Shown one piece after another: positions 8,035 to 14,691 of a stretch of 25,488 nt of DNA. The position numbers and the translations under genes were made by a program. Under the pieces are notes generated by a model. That model ran no database searches, had not been told where the DNA came from, and saw only the letters and a list, made by a program, of their open reading frames with translations. Source of the stretch: a virus (lineage: Duplodnaviria; Caudoviricetes); the IMG/VR virus record IMGVR_UViG_3300032295_001534, positions 1 through 25,488 of that record; one strand, 5' to 3'. How positions within the stretch are numbered: the stretch's first letter is position 1; each line of letters begins with the position of its first letter.

Positions 8035-8421
8035 ATGAAGATAATAGATTTACTACTTGAAAGGTTGCCCAATAATTATGTAGAACTAATAATAAACAAC
8101 ATGGATGATTTCAATGTGGCATACAAAGAAGAAGGTACGCTTGCTTCTGTAGAACTCATGACGTTGTTTGATTGGAATGAGTCTCGTGAGGGCTATGACT
8201 TCTGGAATAGAGTTTACTTATACTTAGTCGGTGAATCAGAACTGCCACAACTGCCAATAGAAATTAAATATAAACCATCATCTGTTCTTATGATGAGGGA
8301 TGGTATGTACGTTATGAATACTGGAGGATCAGGACTAAATATAAAGTATGATGTGATTATGCATGAACTTAAGAACTCAAATGCCAAGGCACGAGAGCAG
8401 GTTCTTCTATGGCTTAATTAA
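8035..8421 (+). CDS. Hypothetical protein with FDW..S.EG.DFW motif
   Basis: Motif related to 4709/5157 (W..TPQG..YW). Confidence 0.8.
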   Translation: MKIIDLLLERLPNNYVELIINNMDDFNVAYKEEGTLASVELMTLFDWNESREGYDFWNRVYLYLVGESELPQLPIEIKYKPSSVLMMRDGMYVMNTGGSGLNIKYDVIMHELKNSNAKAREQVLLWLN

Positions 8422-8461
8422 AATTTTTCACTATCAAATTTTTTTATTCAAAAATGTTTTA

Positions 8462-8469
8462 TACATTTG
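8462..8469 (+). promoter_or_regulatory. Bacteroidota-type -7 promoter element (TACATTTG)
   Basis: Matches TAnnTTTG at the start of a 450-bp intergenic region; no clear -33 TTTG. Confidence 0.6.
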
Positions 8470-8532
8470 TAGTGTCGAACTCCACTTTCGATATCTAGTT
8501 TTAGCATTATATCATGGTAGATATATATAAGA

Positions 8533-8568
8533 CCCTAGTCGAAGTGGAGAAGCGGCTAGGGTTTTTTT
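8533..8568 (+). terminator. Intrinsic terminator within putative attenuator leader
   Basis: CCCTAGTCG / CGGCTAGGG stem followed by T7. Confidence 0.8.
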
Positions 8569-8570
8569 AT

Positions 8571-8860
8571 GCCCTATTACATACGGGTGTTGTATACCAT
8601 TGAACATCTTTACCAAAAACAATGTCTCACAATGAACGCTTGTTCGATAAATAAAATCTCGCTCTGTCTGAACGCTTGACAACGAGTACTGCATACTGAA
8701 AGGTAAAAGAACAAGTGAGCCAAATAACCTAAGTCGAAAGACTGAATTAATAAGAAGAGGTCGCAGAGGGAAGTGTCATTGGTGGGAGTATCTCTATTCA
8801 AGTAAGAGATTTAAGTGCTGTGTGGTATATGCAGTATAAAAGCGAAGCTATAACTAATAA
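8571..8860 (+). ncRNA. Candidate structured non-coding RNA
   Basis: No credible ORF; several 6-9 bp long-range complements and an AGTC-GAAA-GACT tetraloop hairpin. Confidence 0.35.
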
Positions 8861-8868
8861 GTAAAACA

Positions 8869-9108
8869 ATGGATATAAAACTAGAAAGATTAAGTCCTGA
8901 AGACATAGCATTCAACTTATCCTTTATGTTCTACAAGGATGAAGATGTTACAGGAGTTAAAGCGTATGAGTTCGCTACAAAAAGCCTACACGCAATAATA
9001 GAAGCATTCCATAGACAAGGACTTGAACCACCTGAAGAGTACAGAGAAGCAGGAGTTATATTGTTTATGAGATTGTCAGAAGAAATAGAAAAAGATGGGG
9101 TTCATTAA
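8869..9108 (+). CDS. Hypothetical protein
   Basis: 79-aa ORF. Confidence 0.75.
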   Translation: MDIKLERLSPEDIAFNLSFMFYKDEDVTGVKAYEFATKSLHAIIEAFHRQGLEPPEEYREAGVILFMRLSEEIEKDGVH

Positions 9109-9280
9109 GTATACAATATCTTGGATCAGTCAGAATCTAGCTATTCCATTCTGGTCTATCGGACATATACACCTTATGACTACAGTCTATGAAGACATAT
9201 ACGAGGTGTTAATGTCATTTGGCATGAATGTAATAGTTGCGATAGGATTTATTATTGACTATAAAAAATCATTAGAATGA
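9095..9280 (+). CDS. Small membrane protein
   Basis: Hydrophobic; WISQNLAIPFW..GHIHL. Confidence 0.75.
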   Translation: MGFIKYTISWISQNLAIPFWSIGHIHLMTTVYEDIYEVLMSFGMNVIVAIGFIIDYKKSLE

Positions 9281-9498
9281 AAACAGCAGTAGAATGGTTG
9301 GAGAGTGAGATTTTGGAACATTACTCACCTTTTGACAATAAACTTTTATACGAGGCTATACATAAAGCTAAGGAAATGGAGAAGAATCGGATTATTGAGG
9401 CACACTTTAATGGCTGTGAAACAGGTGAAATGTTTAATAATGAAAATAGAGCATTTATAACTGACTCAGAAGAATATTATAACAGAACATTTAAATAA
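9277..9498 (+). CDS. TAVEWL-family small protein
   Basis: MKTAVEWL...KAKEMEK...EEYYNRTFK*. Confidence 0.85.
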   Translation: MKTAVEWLESEILEHYSPFDNKLLYEAIHKAKEMEKNRIIEAHFNGCETGEMFNNENRAFITDSEEYYNRTFK

Positions 9499-9509
9499 CA
9501 AGAACAATG
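9486..9509 (+). repeat. Junction repeat copy 7 (AACATTTAAATAACAAGAACAATG)
   Basis: 22/24 match; ATG at 9507. Confidence 0.9.
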
Positions 9510-9650
9510 AAGTTAGAATTTAGAACACAGTTTAAGAAAAGTAAAGAGGGCAATATACACTTTAGTTTTTTATCAGTCAGTTTTGGGAGCAATGCTTTCT
9601 TAATTGCAATCTTAGGACTAGTATTTATCTTTAAACAACAAGAACAATGA
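9507..9650 (+). CDS. 47-aa protein ending IFKQQEQ (not in ORF track)
   Basis: Runs exactly from repeat ATG to next repeat TGA: MKLEFRTQFKKSKEG...LVFIFKQQEQ*. Confidence 0.75.
   Translation: MKLEFRTQFKKSKEGNIHFSFLSVSFGSNAFLIAILGLVFIFKQQEQ
9627..9649 (+). repeat. Junction repeat copy 8 (ATCTTTAAACAACAAGAACAATG)
   Basis: Last 21 nt identical to consensus; ATG at 9647. Confidence 0.9.
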
Positions 9651-9907
9651 AAGAAGAAACACAATTAACAGCAGTAGAATGGTTGGTTGATGCCCTTAAT
9701 AAAGAAATGGGATTAATATCTTTTGTTCCAAATGCAGATGAAGAATATAAGAAGGAATTATTTAATATTATTCAACAAGCAAAAGAAATGGAGAATTCTC
9801 AAGCGACAGAATACGCAAAATGGTCTCTTGGTATCTATGAACTTCACGCTCGGTTTTTTACATTTTTAGAATGGATTAAAGATGAGCCTAAAGATGACGA
9901 ACAATGA
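9647..9907 (+). CDS. TAVEWL-family small protein
   Basis: QLTAVEWL...QQAKEME...PKDDEQ*. Confidence 0.85.
   Translation: MKEETQLTAVEWLVDALNKEMGLISFVPNADEEYKKELFNIIQQAKEMENSQATEYAKWSLGIYELHARFFTFLEWIKDEPKDDEQ
9885..9906 (+). repeat. Junction repeat copy 9, degenerate (AGCCTAAAGATGACGAACAATG)
   Basis: Keeps CCTAAA and GAACAATG with the consensus spacing; ATGA overlap. Confidence 0.5.
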
Positions 9908-10074
9908 AAACAGAAAAACCAACACAGAAACAATTAGACTATATTAAGTCTATTGAGGAAAATACAGGAATTATTTTTACAGGAATAACTAAAGAAGAAG
10001 CCTCAAAGTATATTTCCGCAAATAAGAACCACCCAGGAAATCAGAATGAGTGGGCACTTGTTAATGGATATTAA
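9904..10074 (+). CDS. 56-aa protein, DUF3072-like (not in ORF track)
   Basis: PTQKQLDYI...ITKEEASKYI pattern. Confidence 0.65.
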   Translation: MKTEKPTQKQLDYIKSIEENTGIIFTGITKEEASKYISANKNHPGNQNEWALVNGY

Positions 10075-10092
10075 TTAACAACAAGAACAATG
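10075..10092 (+). repeat. Junction repeat copy 10, 3' part (TTAACAACAAGAACAATG)
   Basis: 16-nt core identical; its ATG (10090) is out of frame with ORF 10095. Confidence 0.8.
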
Positions 10093-10094
10093 AT

Positions 10095-10313
10095 ATGGAA
10101 TACGCTTATACACCAAAAGAAAAAGCAAAAGAGTTAATAGATAAGTATTATACTCAACTACCAGACTTTGCGGGTTATCATGATTTAGAAACAGCCAGAC
10201 AATGTGCATTAATTGCAGTTGATTTGTTAATGAAAGAGGCTTATCGTCAAAATGATTACGAAGGATTTATGGCACATTGGAAAGAGGTTAAACAAGAAAT
10301 AGAAAAGCAATGA
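10095..10313 (+). CDS. TPKEKA-family small protein
   Basis: TPKEKA...ARQCALIAVD...WKEVKQEIEK. Confidence 0.85.
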   Translation: MEYAYTPKEKAKELIDKYYTQLPDFAGYHDLETARQCALIAVDLLMKEAYRQNDYEGFMAHWKEVKQEIEKQ

Positions 10314-10528
10314 CACCAAAAGAAAAAGCAATACAGTTGGTAGGTGAATTTATAGACCAAGTTTCATGGGGTAGACTTGAACACAAATATCAATGTGATG
10401 AAAATGCTAAACAATGCGTATTGATTTTAGTTGACGAGACATTAGAGGCGTTAAGTGAAAATCAGTGGCAGAATCGTAATCAAATTGCTTACTATAAAGA
10501 AGTTGAATTAGAAATTAAAAAGTTATGA
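10310..10528 (+). CDS. TPKEKA-family small protein (tandem paralog)
   Basis: MTPKEKA...AKQCVLILVD...YKEVELEIKKL. Confidence 0.85.
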   Translation: MTPKEKAIQLVGEFIDQVSWGRLEHKYQCDENAKQCVLILVDETLEALSENQWQNRNQIAYYKEVELEIKKL

Positions 10529-10875
10529 ATGATTGGAGTAGCGCCTGGGAAAGAGCAATGAAAGAAAGGCTTAAGGAACGCACAGAAAAGCTGCACGTTA
10601 GCACTAGTCATGGAAAGATTAGTGATGGATTTCTTAAACACATTGAAGAGATGGGAACAGCTGAGAAGCCAATCAAGATAGAGACAATCAAAGATCCTGT
10701 CATTGAAATGCTTAAGCAAAAGTTTGATGAACGCAGTCAAGTAGGTATCAATAAATACGGTACGACACTAGCTGAAAACAATGATGATGACTTCCTTATG
10801 CATCTATTAGAGGAGCTTATGGATGCCTCAGCTTACATAATGAAAATCATCTCAAAAAGGAATAATTCTAAATAA
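10525..10875 (+). CDS. Hypothetical phage protein (helical MazG-like motif)
   Basis: RSQVGINKYGTTL...HLLEELMDASAY. Confidence 0.7.
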   Translation: MNDWSSAWERAMKERLKERTEKLHVSTSHGKISDGFLKHIEEMGTAEKPIKIETIKDPVIEMLKQKFDERSQVGINKYGTTLAENNDDDFLMHLLEELMDASAYIMKIISKRNNSK

Positions 10876-10879
10876 ATTA

Positions 10880-10910
10880 TTTGCAATTCAAACTTTAATT
10901 GCTATATTTG
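10880..10910 (+). promoter_or_regulatory. Bacteroidota primary-sigma promoter
   Basis: TTTG (10880-83), 19-nt spacer, TATATTTG (10903-10): exact -33/-7 consensus upstream of the recombination/replication operon. Confidence 0.85.
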
Positions 10911-10928
10911 TAGCAAATCAAATAACTT

Positions 10929-11213
10929 ATGAACAAGAAGACAGGTATTCGAGACCTAATGAAATCGAAGCGATATGGCGCAATCCATCTCAAAGAAGCT
11001 CTAATTGAACGTAATGTTCCTGGCAATTGGGAGGCCTATCAAAATGTTTACAACCTAATGTCCGGAAGAACTCCTCGCGATTCTTATGCCTTCATTGTAA
11101 TTGCAGATATGCTTGGTGAAGACTTAAGGGATATCCTGATGAGATATTCTACCGTACAGAATGAAGTAATGAATTATACAAACAAAGAATTAGAACAAGA
11201 TTTTAACTGGTAA
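10929..11213 (+). CDS. Putative XRE-type HTH regulator
   Basis: YQNVYNLMSGRTP...IADMLG..L.DI pattern; first gene after the promoter. Confidence 0.55.
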   Translation: MNKKTGIRDLMKSKRYGAIHLKEALIERNVPGNWEAYQNVYNLMSGRTPRDSYAFIVIADMLGEDLRDILMRYSTVQNEVMNYTNKELEQDFNW

Positions 11214-11215
11214 TT

Positions 11216-11431
11216 ATGAGCAAAGAACAATTAGTACACCTATTAATGCAGACCGATGGCGATAGCTTTAAATTTGAACTTCAAGGGAAAAGAAGTGATG
11301 TAATTTCAGCATTTCTATATGCAATGAATGATGAGCCTGCATTCGCTGACTTATTAAAAGCTTGTGTATCATTCCATGAATCAAAGGAGTATCAAGAAGC
11401 ATTCTTAAATAAAGTAAAAGGAGACGCATAA
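11216..11431 (+). CDS. Hypothetical protein
   Basis: 71-aa ORF in operon. Confidence 0.75.
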   Translation: MSKEQLVHLLMQTDGDSFKFELQGKRSDVISAFLYAMNDEPAFADLLKACVSFHESKEYQEAFLNKVKGDA

Positions 11432-11432
11432 T

Positions 11433-12422
11433 ATGAATTTAAACGAACTAACAAGACCACTAGATATTAGTGACATCGACTTTCGAGTACAGTCAATTAA
11501 TAATGGTGGCTATGCTACGATTCTAGCATACAAAGATGCACGTGTAGATATGGCACGATTAGATGCTGCCGTTGGTCCATTAGGTTGGCAGCGTAAGCAC
11601 GAGTTTATTAACGGTAAGTTATTCTGCCACGTAGGCTTATGGAATGGCGCTGGTGATTGGGTATGGAAATCTGACGTAGGTACTGAGTCAATGACTGAAG
11701 CCACCAAAGGTGAATCTTCTGACTCATTCAAGCGTGCTTGCTTCAATTGGGGTATTGGCCGTGAGTTGTATGACTATCCTTTAATCTCTGTCAAGCTTAA
11801 TGACAATGAATGGTCAAAGGATGGTGGTAGACCTAAGCAAACGTACAACCTTAAGATTCGTGATTGGACATGGTACTCTGAGTTCACTGATGGTCGTGTA
11901 TCATTCCTTGCTGCTAAAGATGAGAATGGTAAGCTACGATTCAAGTGGGGCGAGATGAAACCTAAGCAAGCTGAACCTGAGTTCAAGCCTGCATCAGCAC
12001 CTGCTGAAGTACAAGATGATTTACAGCCTGATGTACAACCTGCTCCAGTGCAAGTACCTGATGAAGCTAACGTGAAAGGTATACTTAAGCCACAAGCTGA
12101 TGAATCTGATCCTGAGCGTGATGCATTAGTTGCTGAGTACAATCAGTTGTATGGCAAGAATCCTGATAAGCGCATGAAGAATGAGACAATCAAGAAAGCT
12201 ATCCAAGATAAGGTAGATGAGATTCTTGATGAGGGATTGACTGAAGAAGAAGTTGAAGAGGAAAACATCTCTGATTACTTTGATAAGGTTAAATCAATTA
12301 CTGATCCTAAGCAGTTCATTCAATGGGCTAAGGATACTGTAGCTAAGTTCCCTGATGCGCCACAAGATCACGTGGATATGTTCAAAGAACTATGTAATGC
12401 TCACTACAAATCTATTATGTAA
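11433..12422 (+). CDS. Rad52/22-like single-strand annealing protein (Sak family)
   Basis: LAYKDAR...RLD..VGP.GW, WVWKSDVG.ES, KGE.SD.FKRA...WGIGR.LY; Pro/acidic linker and C-terminal extension. Confidence 0.88.
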   Translation: MNLNELTRPLDISDIDFRVQSINNGGYATILAYKDARVDMARLDAAVGPLGWQRKHEFINGKLFCHVGLWNGAGDWVWKSDVGTESMTEATKGESSDSFKRACFNWGIGRELYDYPLISVKLNDNEWSKDGGRPKQTYNLKIRDWTWYSEFTDGRVSFLAAKDENGKLRFKWGEMKPKQAEPEFKPASAPAEVQDDLQPDVQPAPVQVPDEANVKGILKPQADESDPERDALVAEYNQLYGKNPDKRMKNETIKKAIQDKVDEILDEGLTEEEVEEENISDYFDKVKSITDPKQFIQWAKDTVAKFPDAPQDHVDMFKELCNAHYKSIM

Positions 12423-12775
12423 TGGAGTTTACAATTGAACAAGAACGCCTAGCGTATACTTTGAAGAGACGAATGCTTAAAATGGTTGAGGATTGCTCAA
12501 CTACTGAGTGCAGGTCTTCATTAAGTATTATGCGTCAAGATGTTATTAACATACTTGAGTTGCTAGGATCTAAAGACATGAGTTATTTTGATTTATTTGT
12601 AAATATAGAAGAAGAAAAAATGGGAGAACAAACATTTGAAGAAGCAGTAAAGCCATTAATGAAATGGTTATGTGAGAACAAGCATCCGCACACAACAGCA
12701 ATTGTAACTGGCAACCTTGCAGAGTTAGTTGAAGGTGTTGAAAGCGTGAAGACAGATGAATTTATTGTAGACTAA
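12422..12775 (+). CDS. Hypothetical protein
   Basis: C-terminal FEEAVKPLMKWL.EN.HPH domain; possible internal start at 12620. Confidence 0.7.
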   Translation: MEFTIEQERLAYTLKRRMLKMVEDCSTTECRSSLSIMRQDVINILELLGSKDMSYFDLFVNIEEEKMGEQTFEEAVKPLMKWLCENKHPHTTAIVTGNLAELVEGVESVKTDEFIVD

Positions 12776-12786
12776 ACAATAATATT

Positions 12787-13269
12787 ATGATTGATATCTT
12801 TAAAGAAGATAGCAATGGAATGGTTATAGCCTTGGATAATTTGTCTAAGGCTAACCTTTCTAATATAGCTAACGAAATCGTAAAGACCTCTGTTGATGGA
12901 GGATACGAAGACCCAATTGAAGCTTACGTTAAAGCTAAGGGTATTGCAGAAATTGCTGATCAAATCATGAGCGGACTTAAGCACTATGCTATCAAGGATG
13001 CGTATAAGTTTGATAAAGATCAGAAAGTATTAGGTTGCTCGGTTGTTGTTAAGAACACACCTACTACCTACGACTACTCCCATAACGATGAATGGTCTGA
13101 GATAAATGACCAAATCGCATTACTTAAGGAACGTCAGAAAGAAATCGAGAAGCAGATGATTCAGGCTATGTCAGTTGCCCAGTTGATTGATAACGATGGC
13201 GTAGTAGTTGAGCCTGCTGTGATTAAGAAAGAAGGATCAGAGACAATACAAATTACAATACCAAGATAA
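12787..13269 (+). CDS. Hypothetical phage protein
   Basis: 160 aa, coiled-coil segment, codon usage like the core genes. Confidence 0.8.
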   Translation: MIDIFKEDSNGMVIALDNLSKANLSNIANEIVKTSVDGGYEDPIEAYVKAKGIAEIADQIMSGLKHYAIKDAYKFDKDQKVLGCSVVVKNTPTTYDYSHNDEWSEINDQIALLKERQKEIEKQMIQAMSVAQLIDNDGVVVEPAVIKKEGSETIQITIPR

Positions 13270-13349
13270 TGGAAATAGGAACATCAGTTGCTATATTAAT
13301 CATATGTGTAACATTGTTAATAGCACACGAAATCAGAAATCATAAATAA
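13269..13349 (+). CDS. 26-aa hydrophobic peptide (not in ORF track)
   Basis: TAATG overlap; MEIGTSVAILIICVTLLIAHEIRNHK*; stop overlaps the repeat. Confidence 0.5.
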   Translation: MEIGTSVAILIICVTLLIAHEIRNHK

Positions 13350-13371
13350 CCTTTAAACAACAAGAACAATG
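13348..13371 (+). repeat. Junction repeat copy 11 (perfect)
   Basis: aacctttaaacaacaagaacaatg; ATG at 13369. Confidence 0.95.
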
Positions 13372-13590
13372 AAAGGATTTAAAGTAGGTTGCTCACCTAT
13401 AACGAGTGATATTTACGCAGGAAATGTTAATGACAAAGGTATGTGGGTTGGAAAAAAACACAATGTAACCGATACAGCAGTTGGGGCAGTTGCTCAACAT
13501 TTACTACAATTAAACGAAGAGATGAAATTTGGCTACAAGGGTAAGGAATATGTACTTCAAGTAGTAGAACTAAAACAACAAGAACAATGA
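13369..13590 (+). CDS. Hypothetical small protein ending LKQQEQ
   Basis: Bounded by repeats; SPITSDIYAG...K.NVTD.AV.AVAQHL. Confidence 0.85.
   Translation: MKGFKVGCSPITSDIYAGNVNDKGMWVGKKHNVTDTAVGAVAQHLLQLNEEMKFGYKGKEYVLQVVELKQQEQ
13568..13589 (+). repeat. Junction repeat copy 12 (AACTAAAACAACAAGAACAATG)
   Basis: 17-nt 3' core identical; ATG at 13587. Confidence 0.9.
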
Positions 13591-13820
13591 AATCAGAAGA
13601 ATTTGTAAACAAACAAAAAGAAAAGTACGGTAACTTTGGAATAGTCTATCCACCATCAACCGATAAAGAAGCTTTTTCGGCCTTAACAGAACATTTCTTA
13701 GGAAAGGATTGGTATACTGCTAACCCTGTTAATTCAGAACAAGTTAATACAGAAATTGTAGCTCTTATATTTGATAAGACTCAACCAAAGAAATGGTATC
13801 AAAGATTATTTAACCTTTAA
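13587..13820 (+). CDS. Hypothetical small protein
   Basis: Bounded by repeats; YPP...FLGKDWY..NP...EQVNTE. Confidence 0.85.
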   Translation: MKSEEFVNKQKEKYGNFGIVYPPSTDKEAFSALTEHFLGKDWYTANPVNSEQVNTEIVALIFDKTQPKKWYQRLFNL

Positions 13821-13835
13821 ACAACAAGACTAATG
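13812..13835 (+). repeat. Junction repeat copy 13 (AACCTTTAAACAACAAGACTAATG)
   Basis: 22/24 match; ATG at 13833. Confidence 0.92.
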
Positions 13836-13958
13836 AAACTAAACAGAGATCAACGCATGGAAGAAGCGGGTGCTTATGGCACTATGTTTATCATTAGCGT
13901 AATCGTTATTGCGATAATTATAGCGACTATAACAACAATATTTAATCTATGGAATTAA
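13833..13958 (+). CDS. 41-aa membrane peptide (not in ORF track)
   Basis: MKLNRDQRMEEAGAYGTMFIISVIVIAIIIATITTIFNLWN*. Confidence 0.65.
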   Translation: MKLNRDQRMEEAGAYGTMFIISVIVIAIIIATITTIFNLWN

Positions 13959-14128
13959 ATCAAGGAATAAGAGATAACATGATTAATGAAATCAAAGAAT
14001 TGAATGATGACATTAATAAAATAAACAAAGAGATAAAGAGTCTTCAAGCCAAAAGAGACAGAAGAAAAAATAAAATAAAAGCTCTTGTATTAATCCTAAG
14101 TAACCAACTAGAACTAGATTTAGATTAA
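13949..14128 (+). CDS. 59-aa coiled-coil protein ending QLELDLD (not in ORF track)
   Basis: MELNQGIRDNMINEIKELNDDINKINKEIKSLQAKRDRRKNKIKALVLILSNQLELDLD*; fills the gap exactly. Confidence 0.7.
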   Translation: MELNQGIRDNMINEIKELNDDINKINKEIKSLQAKRDRRKNKIKALVLILSNQLELDLD

Positions 14129-14129
14129 A

Positions 14130-14657
14130 ATGGAAGAAACCAAAAAAGAAGAAGTCGTTAATCCCGACACAGTAAAACTACTTCGTGCTGTAATGAAAGT
14201 ATCTTCATCGCTTAATGACCTTGATGATTTGATATACCAAGGCGATTACTTTAAGTATCAATTCAAGCGTGAGGCATCAAAGTGGATGGTACTAATGGAA
14301 TACCATACCAAGACGCTGATGAACTCTCTCGTGGAAGAAGATCACACTCTACTGCAAGAGATTTATAATTCATTAGAAGAATCATCTCAAGGGGTTTCAG
14401 CTGGAAAGAAGACATCACTTATATTATTCTACGCTAAACTTAAAAGTTGTCTGAATGACCTAGACAAGATGGAGGATAATAGAGATGCTTTCTATCCTAG
14501 ATTCATCCGAGTACATACTGAAAAGGTAGTTAAGGAGATGGAGAAGCAGCACTACTCAATCATTCATACTATTGATGCTGATGGTAAAGATGTCAACCAC
14601 ATCATTAAATTCTTCGATGAATTTACTGAAACAATTATGACTTATTCAGAAAAGTAA
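14130..14657 (+). CDS. Hypothetical protein with two similar halves
   Basis: KVSSSLNDLDDL...FKYQF vs KLKSCLNDLDKM...FYPRF. Confidence 0.8.
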   Translation: MEETKKEEVVNPDTVKLLRAVMKVSSSLNDLDDLIYQGDYFKYQFKREASKWMVLMEYHTKTLMNSLVEEDHTLLQEIYNSLEESSQGVSAGKKTSLILFYAKLKSCLNDLDKMEDNRDAFYPRFIRVHTEKVVKEMEKQHYSIIHTIDADGKDVNHIIKFFDEFTETIMTYSEK

Positions 14658-14691
14658 TTACATTTACCGCCCCGGTATTAAAAACAAACAT

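Noticed and set aside
8512-8801. Two short minus-strand ORFs in the intergenic gap
   Set aside because: Against the local gene direction, overlapping each other and the terminator, with no protein-like features.
136-10528. Diversity-generating retroelement behind the variable mini-genes
   Set aside because: No reverse transcriptase and no ~100-bp TR/VR pair differing only at adenines.
115-13835. CRISPR array interpretation of the 24-bp repeat
   Set aside because: Intervening units are 140-285 bp whole ORFs, the repeat is non-palindromic and dispersed, and no cas genes are seen.
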